From: Hormiphora californensis
Lineage: Eukaryota > Animalia > Ctenophora
Assembly (NCBI GenBank): GCA_020137815.1
Contig: CM035351.1
Span: 9,914,896 to 9,978,895, forward strand
Length of the DNA stretch: 64,000 nucleotides
Direction of reading: 5' to 3'
Positions 1 through 12,032 of the stretch are shown one piece after another; the stretch's first letter is position 1; every line of letters starts with the position of its first letter. The position numbers were made by a program, and so were the translations under genes. The notes beneath the pieces are model-generated. The model ran no database searches. It had not been told where the DNA came from and saw only the letters and a program-made list of their open reading frames with translations.

Positions 1-148
1 TTATGAAGCAACATATGGTCTAAAATGCAGTTTTGGAGCTAGGAGCGATTTTCTGTTTGATAACTTAGTCACGTGACATGTAGCTTACTGGGCATAAAAT
101 CGCCCGTAGCGCCAAAACTAAGCATTTTAGGCCATATGTTGCTTCATA
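1..148. repeat. Imperfect hairpin, part of a larger interspersed element
   Basis: ttatgaagcaacatatggtctaaaatgc at 1 is the reverse complement of gcattttaggccatatgttgcttcataa ending at 148; gtcacgtgac near the centre; right arm repeated at ~285-350. Confidence 0.7.
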
Positions 149-774
149 AGTCGTATATAAACATGGCCATTCCGGAGCGGATCCTTTTGTCAAAAATCAA
201 TTTGGGCCACCCGATTAGCCACAATCAGCATCTTGGCCCACACGCATGACGTCATAATTGAAATTCACTTATTCGCCCATAACTCCAAAACTAAGCATTT
301 TAGACCCTATGTTGCTTCATAAGTTGTATATAAACATGGCCATTCCGGATCGGAAGTGTTCGAGAGGAACGCCAAAACTTCCCGGAAGTCACTTAAACGG
401 TGAATTTCACTCGCGCAACAGGTAAAATCATAATTAATTATCGGCGACCCCTTAATTACATCCGATTGACTTCAAACTTCATATTATTTCATTTCAAGTC
501 GAACCTCACACACAAAAAAATATTTGGAGTGATTGGATGAATTTGAAAAAATGATGGGGCGTTTGTCACACCCTAACAAGAGCCTTTCTCCCGAGGGTGT
601 CCCTAAATCGGGGTCCGACTGTAATTGGTCGTTAATTGGTAAAAATTAACAAGTCCGATTGTTACAATCGTGAAATTGAAAAATCGGCAACTTTTTTGTT
701 ATTCTCTGGCGATTCCCGGCAGCTTCAAATTGGCGTGCCACCGGGTGTAAGTGTGGAACCAAATTTTAGTAATA

Positions 775-920
775 CAGTTGGACCCCGATTTAGTGGCACC
801 CCGATTTAGGGACAGGATTTTTCCCCCCGATATAGGAAATTAACCTTATTTGACCCCGATTTAGTGGACAAGAGCCTTTCCCCCGAGGTCCGAGGGTGTC
901 CCTAAATCGGGGTCCGACTG
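775..920. mobile_element. TA-target MITE (Tc1/mariner-like, CAGTYGGACCCCGATT family)
   Basis: ta|cagttggaccccgattt ... aaatcggggtccgactg|ta; internal ccccgattta subrepeats. Confidence 0.85.
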
Positions 921-1278
921 TACGAGGCTAAAAATTGAATGGCAAAAATTTTAAATTCGTGGCATTTTTTGAAATCTTTGCTCTGGGTAGGGCTGATACA
1001 CCTTGTGTCCTCTACAAATTCCCGAAGTTTCAGCCTTCTAGCCTTAAAATTATAATTAAGGGACCTTAAAAACCGCAATTTAGGCTCCTATTTTTTCCAA
1101 CTTTGAGGGGCTGTAGCATAAATATGAATTCGAGTTAAGGGCTAAAATTGCATTTTTGAGGTCTCCTAAGTATGCCCTAAGTATGCCCCATATGGTGAGC
1201 TAAGCGGACACTCGAAAACAAGAATAAATGCATTATGTTTCATAATGCTATGTTTCCCCGCCAACCTTTCATCCCTAA

Positions 1279-1568
1279 GGGGAAACTCTAACTGAATGGC
1301 ATCCCATTAATGGGATCCCATCAACAGTAAAACTCTAACTGATAATGGACCACAGTGATGGTTCTTTCTCTGTATTCTCTCTGTAGGCAGTACATCTATG
1401 TACTGCCTACAGAGAGAATACAGAGAAAGAACTATAGGGCATGCCCGGGCACGGGCGCGCACACAGAGAGAATACAGAGAAAGAACCATCACTGTGGTCC
1501 ATTATCAGTTAGAGTTTTACTGTTGATGGGATCCCATTAATGGGATGCCATTCAGTTAGAGTTTCCCC
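1279..1568. mobile_element. Palindromic MITE, PIF/Harbinger-like
   Basis: TAA|GGGGAAACTCTAACTGAATGG ... CCATTCAGTTAGAGTTTCCCC|TAA; ~105-bp identical arms; 3-bp TAA TSD. Confidence 0.8.
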
Positions 1569-2335
1569 TAACATGAAGGCGGACAGACATTTCGGATGAT
1601 TTATAGATCACGCAAACAGTATAGAACAAACCCTTGTGTTTTAGTTGCACTAAATTGCGTGCCACATTGCGGAATTGCGCACCACACATTTCCTGAAAAC
1701 GTGTCAATGAAGTGGTTTATGAAGGAGCAGGTAGTTGTTGTGTGCGCAGCTCTAGTTGCTACATGTTGCCCCTCGCAACCTGAAACGGGACAAGAGAGCT
1801 GACTTGCTACACATAGTCACTATATCCGTTTAGATTTCTAAACCCACTATGCCTTTTTGCAAAAGGCATCCGGGTGAAGGCCTTCGGCCTACACCCAGGC
1901 GGGGAAAAAATTTCGCCGAGGAGTACCCTTAATAGTTACGATTATAAAACATACCGAGTTACAAGCTTTATATGTACAGGAGGAAGATTAACAGGGCGAA
2001 AAGAACTGACAATTTTATTCGTCTGTTCCTTGTATTTGATCATCACTTTCTTTGAAAATTGACTTGGGTTCTTCCGGAGATGCTGCCATGCACCATCCAA
2101 CTCAAAGGTGTGCATATTGCTGATTCCTTCCTGTTGCTTACTTTGATCATCGTGATATTTCAGCTGCCGTTCCATTTGTCGTAACTTGGCTTTTACTGAA
2201 CGAAAAGAAAAAATCATTTGGACAAAGAACTGCATCAGGGAGGATCCCGGCTCGAAATGTTCTTGAAGGTGCGACCAATGGGGATTTCTCCATTGGAAAG
2301 GTGTGATTTAGTAATATTTCACAAAAATCGCGAAT

Positions 2336-2342
<7 letters not shown>

Positions 2343-2404
<62 letters not shown>
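2343..2404. repeat. (GA)n microsatellite, followed by (TG)n and (CA)n tracts to ~2510
   Basis: direct reading. Confidence 0.95.
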
Positions 2405-2410
<6 letters not shown>

Positions 2411-3098
2411 AGAGAGACTATGTGTGTGTGTGTGTGTGTGTCACACAACCAACACTTGTTCTCCCTCCCATTCTCACACACACACACACACGCACACACA
2501 CACAAACACACATACGCAGGGGGAATTAGTGTTGGTTGTGCGTAATGCACCGACAATAGTCAAGAAGAGAAAGGGGAAGATTGGAGAGATTCATACACTA
2601 CCATTGCAATTGGCTCTCTAAATTGTCAATATAGGGTGAGACTAGATTTCCAATCTAATCAGAATATTTCCAATGCCAGTGCCCCATATTGCCACGCGCT
2701 TGGAAATCTCACCCTGTGTGAGGAGATGGACGTAACACGCGAAAAAATAAAGTTTCATATGCCATTTTTTGAAAATTTTTAAATTTTTCAAATTTCTCCA
2801 TTTTGAGAATAAATAACAATTTCAGTTTTATTACCTTTCTCTCATCAAATTTTGAAATGTTTTTCTAATTTATAAAAGTGAGATTTTAGGTCTAAAAGTG
2901 AGATCAATTACATTGTCATATTGGCGAACATTTCGAGCCGGGGGGAGGATAGGCACTGAAGTTAAGATTGCGAATTGAGATCTCAACATCGTCACACACT
3001 CTGAAGTTTCAAGTTCAAAATTTTAGGGAAATATGGAATTATGGAAATATTGAATAAATCAGCCATCTTTGACTGAGAAATTATTTGCAAAAAGCTAA

Positions 3099-4668
3099 TT
3101 TTTTCCCTGCCCGGGTGATCTTTTTATCACGCACGTGCTAAAAAGATCATTCAGGGTTTAGAAATCAGCAGATTGTGTAGTTAACTAAAAGTGTCCGTCC
3201 GTCCGTCACGGACAACGCCTAACGACAAGTCTGCTCCTTCATAAAACTTTCATCTCACGCTTCGTTGATTCAACAAAGGAAATGATTAACACACATTGTG
3301 GCGCGAAATTACTCGCTCATAGCACTTACAGCCATGCTATGAAGCCATGCTATGAAGTGATAGAACGTCTTCCAAGCATGAAACTACTGTCACACTAGTG
3401 ACTCGAGTTGAGATGCGGTTAAAGTTGAAGCACTTGGTAACCAACTGGGGTCTCCTAAGCAACTGACTTGGTTGCCAATTGCCATAGCAACTGTCCTGGT
3501 TACCATAGGAATTGCTTTGGTTACCATAGCAACTGCCTTTGGTTACCTTAGCAACTTACCTAGTTACCTTAGTAACCAACATCGCATCAGCCAAAAAATG
3601 CTCTCTGAGCACAAAATTCATCAGGAAATCAAGTTTTGAAGCTTATTCATCAATTTTAAATCCATTTGGCAGGGAAACACCGCATTATGAATACATAATG
3701 CAATAATTCTTGTTTCACTGGTAAATCTCTCGAGGTGAGGGGGAGGGGCTGCCGGAAGAATCTCATGCCTCATTTGCGATTTTTAGGGTAGCTGAGATTT
3801 TGAGATTGAGGCAAAAGACGTGAGATTTATGAGATTTTTGAGACAAATCTGCGATTTTTCCGAATAAAGTCACACATTTTTCTCAAAAATTTCAAAGAAA
3901 GGAAGAATTATTGCATTATGTATTCATAATGCGGTGTTTCCCTGCCACAAATGGATTTAAAATTGATGAATAAGCTTCAAAACTGGATTTCCTGATGAAT
4001 TTCGTGCTCAAAGAGCATTTTTTGGCTGATGCGATGTTGGTTACTAAGGTAAATAGGTTAGTTGCTATGGTAACCAAAGTAGTTGCTATAGTAACCCGGA
4101 CAGTTGCTATGGCTTAGGAGACCCCAGTTGGTTACCAAGTGCTTCAACTTTAACCGCATCTCAACTTGAGTCACTAGTGTGACAGTAGTTTCATACTTGG
4201 AAGACGTTCAACCACTTCATGGCATGGCTGTAGGGCGCCCAAAGTGATTTCAGGTGGTAGTGGGAAGTGCTATCAGCGAGTAATTGTGCGCCACAATGTG
4301 TGTCAATCATTTCCTTTGTTGAATCAACAAAGAGTGGGATGAAATTTTTATGAAGGAGCAGACTTGTTGTTAGGCGTTGTCCGTGACGGACGGACGGACG
4401 GACACATTTTGTTAACCCACACGATCTGCTGATTTCTAAACCCTGAAATACAAAGTACATAATACAAGATTTAATAATCGTTTATTAAAACTTTTATTAC
4501 TTGGTAATCAGCTCCAGAATCTTGATCCTGTCGAGCGCTTTACCAGAAATCCCTTTATAAGCAAACATAAACCCTGAAATATCTTTTTAGCACGTGCGTG
4601 CTTAAAACATCATCCGGGGTAATGCCCTTCACCGGGTGAATGCCCTTCACCCGGGCAGGGAAAAAAAT
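3099..4668. mobile_element. Inverted pair of a Helentron/DINE-1-like non-autonomous element
   Basis: 3099-3711 is the reverse complement of 3904-4668; (GTCC)n tracts at ~3194 and ~4388; terminal hairpin gcattatgaatacataatgc; related ends at ~1219 and 4737-5065. Confidence 0.6.
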
Positions 4669-5067
4669 TTCATAGAAAGGAAAAATGTCCATTCTAAAGT
4701 TTGGGATAGAAACAATCCTTGCGTTTTTTAACCAACAAGAATTATTGCATTATGTGTTCATAATGCGGTGTTTCCCTGCCACAAATGGTGCTAAATTGAT
4801 GACTAAGCTCCAAAACTCGATTTCCCGATGAATTTTGCACTCTAAGAGCCATTTTTTGGCTGATACGCTGTTAGTTGCTATGGTATCCAAGTGGTAGCTA
4901 TGGTAATCAAAATTCAAAGCACTTGCTATGATAAGTAAGGTAGTTGCTTAGGAGACCCTGGTTGGTTACCAAGTGCTTCAACTTTTATACCTTCGCTCAT
5001 CTTAACTCCAGTCACTTGCAATTATTGTGTGATAGTAGTTTCAAGCTTGGAAGACTTGCTACCACAT

Positions 5068-5285
5068 CATGGTACCACTGCATGATACGGCAACCCCAAA
5101 AACGGGACACACTGCATTATACGGCAACCCCAAAAAGGCAACCCAAAAACGGGGCGCCACTGCACTATACGGCAACCCCAAAAACGGGGCACCACTGCAT
5201 TATACGGCAACCACAAAAAAGGGGCACCACTGCATTATACGGCAACCCCGAAAAAAAACACACGGGGCACCACTGCATTATACGG
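5068..5285 (+). repeat. ~36-bp minisatellite (ggggcaccactgcattatacggcaaccccaaaaac), resumes at 9644-9727 after the LTR insertion
   Basis: ~6 copies before and ~2 after the LTR element. Confidence 0.9.
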
Positions 5286-5800
5286 TGTTATATCATGATT
5301 CCTTCACATTGACTTCATCATGTACGCGGAGAGATTACATCATGCCTGGGAACCACAGGATGGCTACGATGATATTGGATACCTCGAGGAGTACCTACGT
5401 CAAGCGGAATCGATAAGATGTTTTACCTACCATCTTTGATATGACTACGAGGAGCACCTACGTCAAGCAAGAACGGGAAGATGTTTAACATACGATCTTT
5501 GTTATGTCTATCGTGATGACAGAGGAAACAAGGCACTGCACTATATAACCGAGATGAAGAACTGGGAAGAGGACCGATCCGCTACTACCACACAGCATCC
5601 CTATAGCGGAACAAAGACCCCTACCTCCCCTGCACCGCCAAGCTATCCTCCTTGACTCTCCCACGGATACCCGATTGTAATAGCAAGATTACCTTCACCT
5701 TGCTATAACCTGTAGTTGTCTCGTGTACCCTATTCCCTAAACCAGTAAACTTTACTCACCCACACGTCACGGGTCACCACACAACCACCTTAACAAGTGG

Positions 5801-5817
5801 TCCCGTATCAGGCTCCA
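5801..5817 (-). other. Primer-binding site TGGAGCCTGATACGGGA following the minus-strand LTR
   Basis: Complement UCCCGU-AUCAGGC-U-CCA fits tRNA 3'-end geometry (C61, 5-nt T-stem strand, 7-nt acceptor strand, discriminator, CCA); Thr-like acceptor is an inference. Confidence 0.7.
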
Positions 5818-7031
5818 CTTGTTAAGGTGGTTGTGTGGTGACGTGTGGGTGAGTAAAGTTTACTGGTTTAGGGAATAGGGTACACGAGACAACTACAGGT
5901 TATAGCAAGGTGAAGGTAATCTTGCTATTACAATCGGGTATCCGTGGGAGAGTCAAGGAGGATAGCTTGGCGGTGCAGGGGAGGTAGGGGTCTTTGTTCC
6001 GCTATAGGGATGCTGTGTGGTAGTAGCGGATCGGTCCTCTTCCCAGTTCTTCATCTCGGTTATATAGTGCAGTGCCTTGTTTCCTCTGTCATCACGATAG
6101 ACATAACAAAGATCGTATGTTAAACATCTTCCCGTTCTTGCTTGACGTAGGTGCTCCTCGTAGTCATATCAAAGATGGTAGGTAAAACATCTTATCGATT
6201 CCGCTTGACGTAGGTACTCCTCGAGGTATCCAATATCATCGTAGCCATCCTGTGGTTCCCAGGCATGATGTAATCTCTCCGCGTACATGATGAAGTCAAT
6301 GTGAAGGAATCATGATATAACATATCCCCCTTGTTTATTAAAAGGTAATTACATTGACCTTTGGGCTATGTAATTTCCTTATCAGTGTAAGGTACATATT
6401 TTATGTATTCATTCATACAACGATGATTTTTTATTGGTGACAATGTTTGCCCCTACATTTGTAACCTTTTCGCATATATGCCGATTCGAGGTTGAGAAAT
6501 GCATTCATACATGGCAGAGTGAGATTTATTAACAATTATTGATGTAGATTCAAACCAGGGTTTTGGTTGTGACGACATTTTTAACCTGTTGTATACATCG
6601 TATGAGGTTGATAAAATTCACTCATACAAGATGGCAGAGTGAGAAGTTAGGGGTTGGCTTATTCCATATTATAAAAACTTCGTACGAATACTACCATAGT
6701 TATAACAGCCATGTGCATATTTGTAGGTGCAAATATTTAATATAGTTCCAAGCGAAGATGTTGGAATTTAAGCGTGTGATCCAGTAGTGTATACTGTATG
6801 TGATCGTTTTGTGTTCATAACACTCTTCTTGTCCATCTTCCGAATACGTGAAAATGGTCGAATCCTCAATCCATATCACTAGCCTGCCAATCCATCCCTG
6901 GGTGATAAACCAGTTTTTCGATCCCTCAGCCGAAAATTAGATGTGTCCAAAGATCGGGGATAACTATTTGGTTCCAATGGGTAGGGTGGGTTATCAATGA
7001 CAGGACGCTAGGGCAACCTTGCAGTAGCGAT

Positions 7032-8117
7032 TTATTCTTTCCTGGAGATCTTGTCCTCTATCTTTCTCCTTTCTTTCTCTTGCCGGTACTTCCTCAGCTC
7101 TTCCTTCTCCTTGGGTGAGTACATAGGATCAGCTAGCCCAAGCTGGCTCAGCGGATCTTCTTTCCCCTTCGGTTTCCTTAACGGCCTTCCTGGCACGTTG
7201 AATTCTGGTTCGTCCATAACTTGATTCATAGACGTCGTAGGTGGTTCTTGCTCTATTACCACCGCTGGTACCACCGTTGGTTGAGTTTCCACGTCTGGCT
7301 GACTCTCAACTGTAGGCTGTATTTCCTCTGTAACTGGTGCTGGAGTCTGCTCATCTGTTACCGTAGTGTCCAAAGCATCCAGAAACTCATCAGCTCTACT
7401 CTCATTTCCTGATTCCGCTTCCACTGGCGCCGGAATCACTGGTTGTGTTGGGGGTGGCTTGTTCTTGCCTTTACTTGGTTCTCCTCCCAGTGTTTCGTAG
7501 TTCAATCTCTCCGTAGTCTTCCTCTTTCTCACTGACTTCCGCGTCGGTGCTGCGGGTGTAGAACTCTCTACTGGAGTAGGAATAATGTTCTGCCGGGTGT
7601 GGGCAGTAGATTGATCCTCTGTAGGTCGTGTAGGTTCCTCTGGTACTGGCGTTGTTTCCCTTTGTAGATTTGGACGATGTGTGTGGTTGATAGGTTGATT
7701 CCTTGTAGGTGTAGGGAAATCGTCATCATCACTATCCGAGTCAGAGTCCGTGGTATCTACGCCTGATGGTGCTGAAGTAGGAGCTGTTTCATAGTCGCTT
7801 TCCTTCGGAGTGTCCTCAGACTGGAGATTCGTGTTTTTCTCAGTTGGAGAAAATCTGTTGGTTTTGTAATGCTTCATTTTCTCTATGTTGACTAGTTTTT
7901 GTGAGTCACCAATTTTCACCATGTAGTTGTGGTTAGATAATTTTTCTGTGATCAGGTATGGACCTTCAAATCGTGGTAGTGCGATGTCACCAGCTTGTTC
8001 AACTGCTCCATATGCAGATCTGGCCTTTTCTTTGATAGTGTTGCAAAACTGTGTAATGTTTTCGTTTGGCCCTTGTTTCAAGTTCATGAGCTGCTGTTTC
8101 ATGGATGCTTTGGACAC
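7032..8117 (-). pseudogene. Deleted gag/integrase-C-terminus fusion ORF with long acidic Pro/Thr tail
   Basis: LMNLKQGPNENITQF (gag QG.E motif) joined to LPRFEGPYLITEKLSNHNYMV (Gypsy integrase GPY/F motif); no RT, RNase H or integrase core. Confidence 0.8.
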
Positions 8118-10452
8118 TACGGTAACAGATGAGCAGACTCCAGCACCAGTTACAGAGGAAATACAGCCTACAGTTGAGAGTCAGCCAGACGTGGAAACTC
8201 AACCAGCGGTGGTAATAGAGCAAGAACCACCTACGACGTCTATGAATCAAGTTATGGACGAACCAGAATTCAACGTGCCAGGAAGGCCGTTAAGGAAACC
8301 GAAGGGGAAAGAAGATCCGCTGAGCCAGCTTGGGCTAGCTGATCCTATGTACTCACCCAAGGAGAAGGAAGAGCTGAGGAAGTACCGGCAAGAGAAAGAA
8401 AGGAGAAAGATAGAGGACAAGATCTCCAGGAAAGAATAAATCGCTACTGCAAGGTTGCCCTAGCGTCCTGTCATCGATAACCCACCCTACCTATTGGAAC
8501 CAAATAGTTATCCCCGATCTTTGGACACATCTAATTTTCGGCTAAGGGATCAAAAAACTGGTTTATCACCCAGGGATGGATTGGCAGGCCAGTGATATGG
8601 ATTGAGGATTTGACCATTTAACGTATGATGGACAAGAAGAGTGTTATGAACACAAACCGATCACATACAGTATACACTACTGGATCACACGCTTAAACTC
8701 CAACACCTTCGCTTGGAACTATATTAAATATTTGCACCTACAAATATGCACATGGCTGTTATAACTATGGTAGTATTCGTACGAAGTTTTTATAATATGG
8801 AATAAGCCAACCCCTAACTTCTCACTCTGCCATCTTGTATGAGTGAATTTTGTCAGCCTCATACGATGTATACAACAGGTTAAAAATGTCGTCACAACCA
8901 AAACCCTGGTTTGAATCTACATCAATAATTGTTAATAAATCTCACTCTGCCATGTATGAATGCATTTCTCAACCTCGAATCGGCATATATGCGAAAAGGT
9001 TACAAATGGAGGGCAAACATTGTCACCAATAAAAAATCATCGTTGTATGAATGAATACATAAAATATGTACCTTACACTGATAAGGAAATTACATAGCCC
9101 AAAGGTCAATGTAATTACCTTTTAATAAACAAGGGGGATATGTTATATCATGATTCCTTCACATTGACTTCATCATGTACGCGGAGAGATTACATCATGC
9201 CTGGGAACCACAGGATGGCTACGATGATATTGGATACCTCGAGGAGTACCTACGTCAAGCGGAATCGATAAGATGTTTTACCTACCATCTTTGATATGAC
9301 TACGAGGAGCACCTACGTCAAGCAAGAACGGGAAGATGTTTAACATACGATCTTTGTTATGTCTATCGTGATGACAGAGGAAACAAGGCACTGCACTATA
9401 TAACCGAGATGAAGAACTGGGAAGAGGACCGATCCGCTACTACCACACAGCATCCCTATAGCGGAACAAAGACCCCTACCTCCCCTGCACCGCCAAGCTA
9501 TCCTCCTTGACTCTCCCACGGATACCCGATTGTAATAGCAAGATTACCTTCACCTTGCTATAACCTGTAGTTGTCTCGTGTACCCTATTCCCTAAACCAG
9601 TAAACTTTACTCACCCACACGTCACCACACAACCACCTTAACAACGGCAACCCCAAAAACGGGGCACCACTGTCTCACGCGGCAACCCCAATAACGTGGT
9701 ACCACTGCATTATATACGGCAACCCCAGCAAAACTGATCACGAAGTCTGGATTATTCCGATGAGTCACTAAAGGCTACCCCCCCCCCTCCCTAAAAATCG
9801 ATCCGTCACAGGTAGCCTCAACAACGGCCAACTCGCAAAGCCCTGAGCATAACAGGTCGGATCTGAAAGCAAACGGTATGCAACAGTACTGGAAACGGTA
9901 ATCATAACTGCAAAGTCGCCAGCCACTAGCGATATGGTATTGGTACCCCTATTCTAGATGGAACCCAATCACAAACAGTGCCATATGGGCCGACTCCTTC
10001 AAATGCAAATGCATACGAACGACTCGGTGGACCGACCCCTACCGCTATACCCAAACCACAAGGTATTAGCCATAACAAGGCAATGCGGGAGTGAAAAAAT
10101 AGCAAGACGCTCTAGTTATGGAAACGACGCTATCGTTCGGCAACTACCTACCCCTGGGGCAACCCAGGAACGTAAGACTGACACGCTTGCACTTGTGTTG
10201 GTGCATCCGCTGTCGTAGGTAGGATTTATGCAAAAACTTATGAAGCAGGATCGCCTGTCGGTCTGCATCTCTAAGGTCATTGCTGTCGGAGGGGACAACG
10301 GGGAAACCCGTTTGAACACAGAGGGCGGTTTTGATCTGGGGGTGTGGGTCGGCGCCTGGGTTGTCGGTGAGTGGGCGCCAAGGGGAGATCCTGCGGAAAT
10401 AAGGGCTAGCTGATCCCCAACGTCAACAGTGTGGATGGAAGTACGGAGGTTC

Positions 10453-10488
<36 letters not shown>

Positions 10489-10634
10489 CCAGAGCGGCGT
10501 GTGCTGCATTTTGCGGATTTTTTCAAGAAAATGTTTGATTGGACATCAGGCTATACTAGGTGGATGATGGATCAAGTTTCACCTATTTTCGATGTTTTTA
10601 GACTATGTCCCATGAACCAAAACATGCACTACTT

Positions 10635-10832
10635 ACATTGCTGATTTTCCAAACAAACTTGGGCAAACTGCTCTTCGATACCAGCAAAGTAACGCTCCAG
10701 CTGCTTCTGTGCGTTTATTGTAGTATCAACATCTTCAATATCCTCAAGTTTAGAGCCTTCATATGTTGTTTTCTTTTTAAGAGATCGGAATGACATTGGT
10801 AGCTATCTCATTGAGTCCATTCAGCCATGTTT
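10635..10832 (-). pseudogene. Possible degenerate exon of unknown protein
   Basis: ttctcAG acceptor and GTAAG donor around KKTTYEGSKLEDIEDVDTTINAQKQLERYFAGIEEQFAQVCLENQQ; a frameshift is needed. Confidence 0.3.
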
Positions 10833-11269
10833 CTGAGAAATTTATAAAGTAAACCTTCAGAATTTATGGTAGGTCTAGCGTTCCCAATGGATGTACCTCA
10901 TGTCAGGGTTTTTAACAGTATCACGCCCACGTCAGTTATAACATCGCCTAGGGTGGGTCAAATTTATCCGGTATGTTTTAGACAAAATAATTTATATGCG
11001 GGTAATCTATATCACATCACAGGCCAATTCCGGTAATTTTTATTCCAAATCATGCCCAATTAAGAAATTTATAGGTGTGTCTGAAAGCATTAATTAGATC
11101 TGCCCTGTCCCCACACTGCTCCGATTTCATGTCACGTGTCCACGGAGGGGGAGAGTCAGGGAGAGAGAAAGGGGTTTATAGTGTACATTTACTCTGAAAT
11201 TGCTGATAAGGGGAACGAGTAATGATGTGTTAAAATCTAGGTAAAAATAACCCACCCTAGAGTGGACTG

Positions 11270-11495
11270 GGGGCTCAACGAATTCTCCTCAACCAAAGGG
11301 ACTGCTCCTGATCTGGGATTTTCCAAGCTCCAAAACTCTGTCCCGGCCCCTGGCCGGACAATTTCAGTGGAGGATGCAAGGAGTGTCAACCGACACCTTC
11401 AGACCAGGAGCGGTGGGGCTGGCGAGAGGTGCTCTCCTGCGGAGAGCTCCTCTCGGCCCTATTTAACCTCAGAACAACAACAACAACAACAGCAA
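11270..11495 (+). mobile_element. Probable 3' remnant of an RTE-type LINE with (CAA)n tail
   Basis: QPKGLLLIWD...PGRT resembles RTE C-termini; ends in gaacaacaacaacaacaac. Confidence 0.35.
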
Positions 11496-11551
11496 CTAAA
11501 TATTAAATTAAATATCTCGTAAGTTCGGAACATTCCTCTTTATTGTTCATA

Positions 11552-11723
11552 CAGTTGGACCCCGATTTAGGGACACCCTCGGGGGAAAGGCTCTTGTCCA
11601 CTAAATCGGGGTGTCCACTAAATCGGGGTCAAATAAGGTTAATTTCCTATATCGGGGGAAAAAAATCCTGTCCCTAAATCGGGGTGCCACTAAATCGGGG
11701 GCCCCTAAATCGGGGTCCGACTG
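11552..11723. mobile_element. TA-target CAGTYGGACCCC MITE
   Basis: TIRs and TA flanks as at 775. Confidence 0.85.
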
Positions 11724-11807
11724 TACCAGGTCTCAGTTTCTGTATATACATGGCCTCTAAAATTTTTCTCTTTAAAATGTTTCTCTCAGTGGTCCTCCGA
11801 CATATTC

Positions 11808-11981
11808 CGACGTGAAATTCGACCTAGATCTCGACCTGGAATGAGCCGCGCATCAGAGAGATGTGCCGCAGTAAGAAAATGGTGTCGCGCTTCAACTCTT
11901 TTCTCTCGCTAGTCTTTGTGTCTCTCTCACTACGAATGCGCACCTCATTCCAGGTCGAGATTCTCGTCGAATTTCACGTCG
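11808..11981. repeat. Small inverted-repeat element
   Basis: cgacgtgaaattcgac..tctcgacctggaatgag / ctcattccaggtcgaga..gtcgaatttcacgtcg. Confidence 0.65.
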
Positions 11982-12032
11982 AGGTATGGCAATTATGTTG
12001 GATGACCACTGTCTCGGTGGTTAATATCTTAA

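Larger units (their letters stand above)
5286..9643 (+). mobile_element. Rearranged non-autonomous Gypsy-like LTR retrotransposon with three LTRs
   Basis: TG..CA LTRs at 5286-5795(+), 5820-6322(-), 9141-9643(+); ACGG TSD at 5282-5285 and 9644-9647; PPT aagggggata at 9131-9140 and its complement at 6323-6332. Confidence 0.92.

Noticed and set aside
1942-2235. 97-aa minus-strand ORF
   Set aside because: No domain or supported splice structure recognised.
5068-5285. CRISPR-like 36-bp repeats
   Set aside because: Repeats are contiguous with no unique spacers, there are no cas genes, and the context is eukaryotic; it is a minisatellite.
5286-9643. DIRS/tyrosine-recombinase element, given the inverted LTRs
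   Set aside because: TG..CA LTRs, PBS, PPT, a 4-bp TSD and an integrase GPY/F motif indicate a Gypsy origin.
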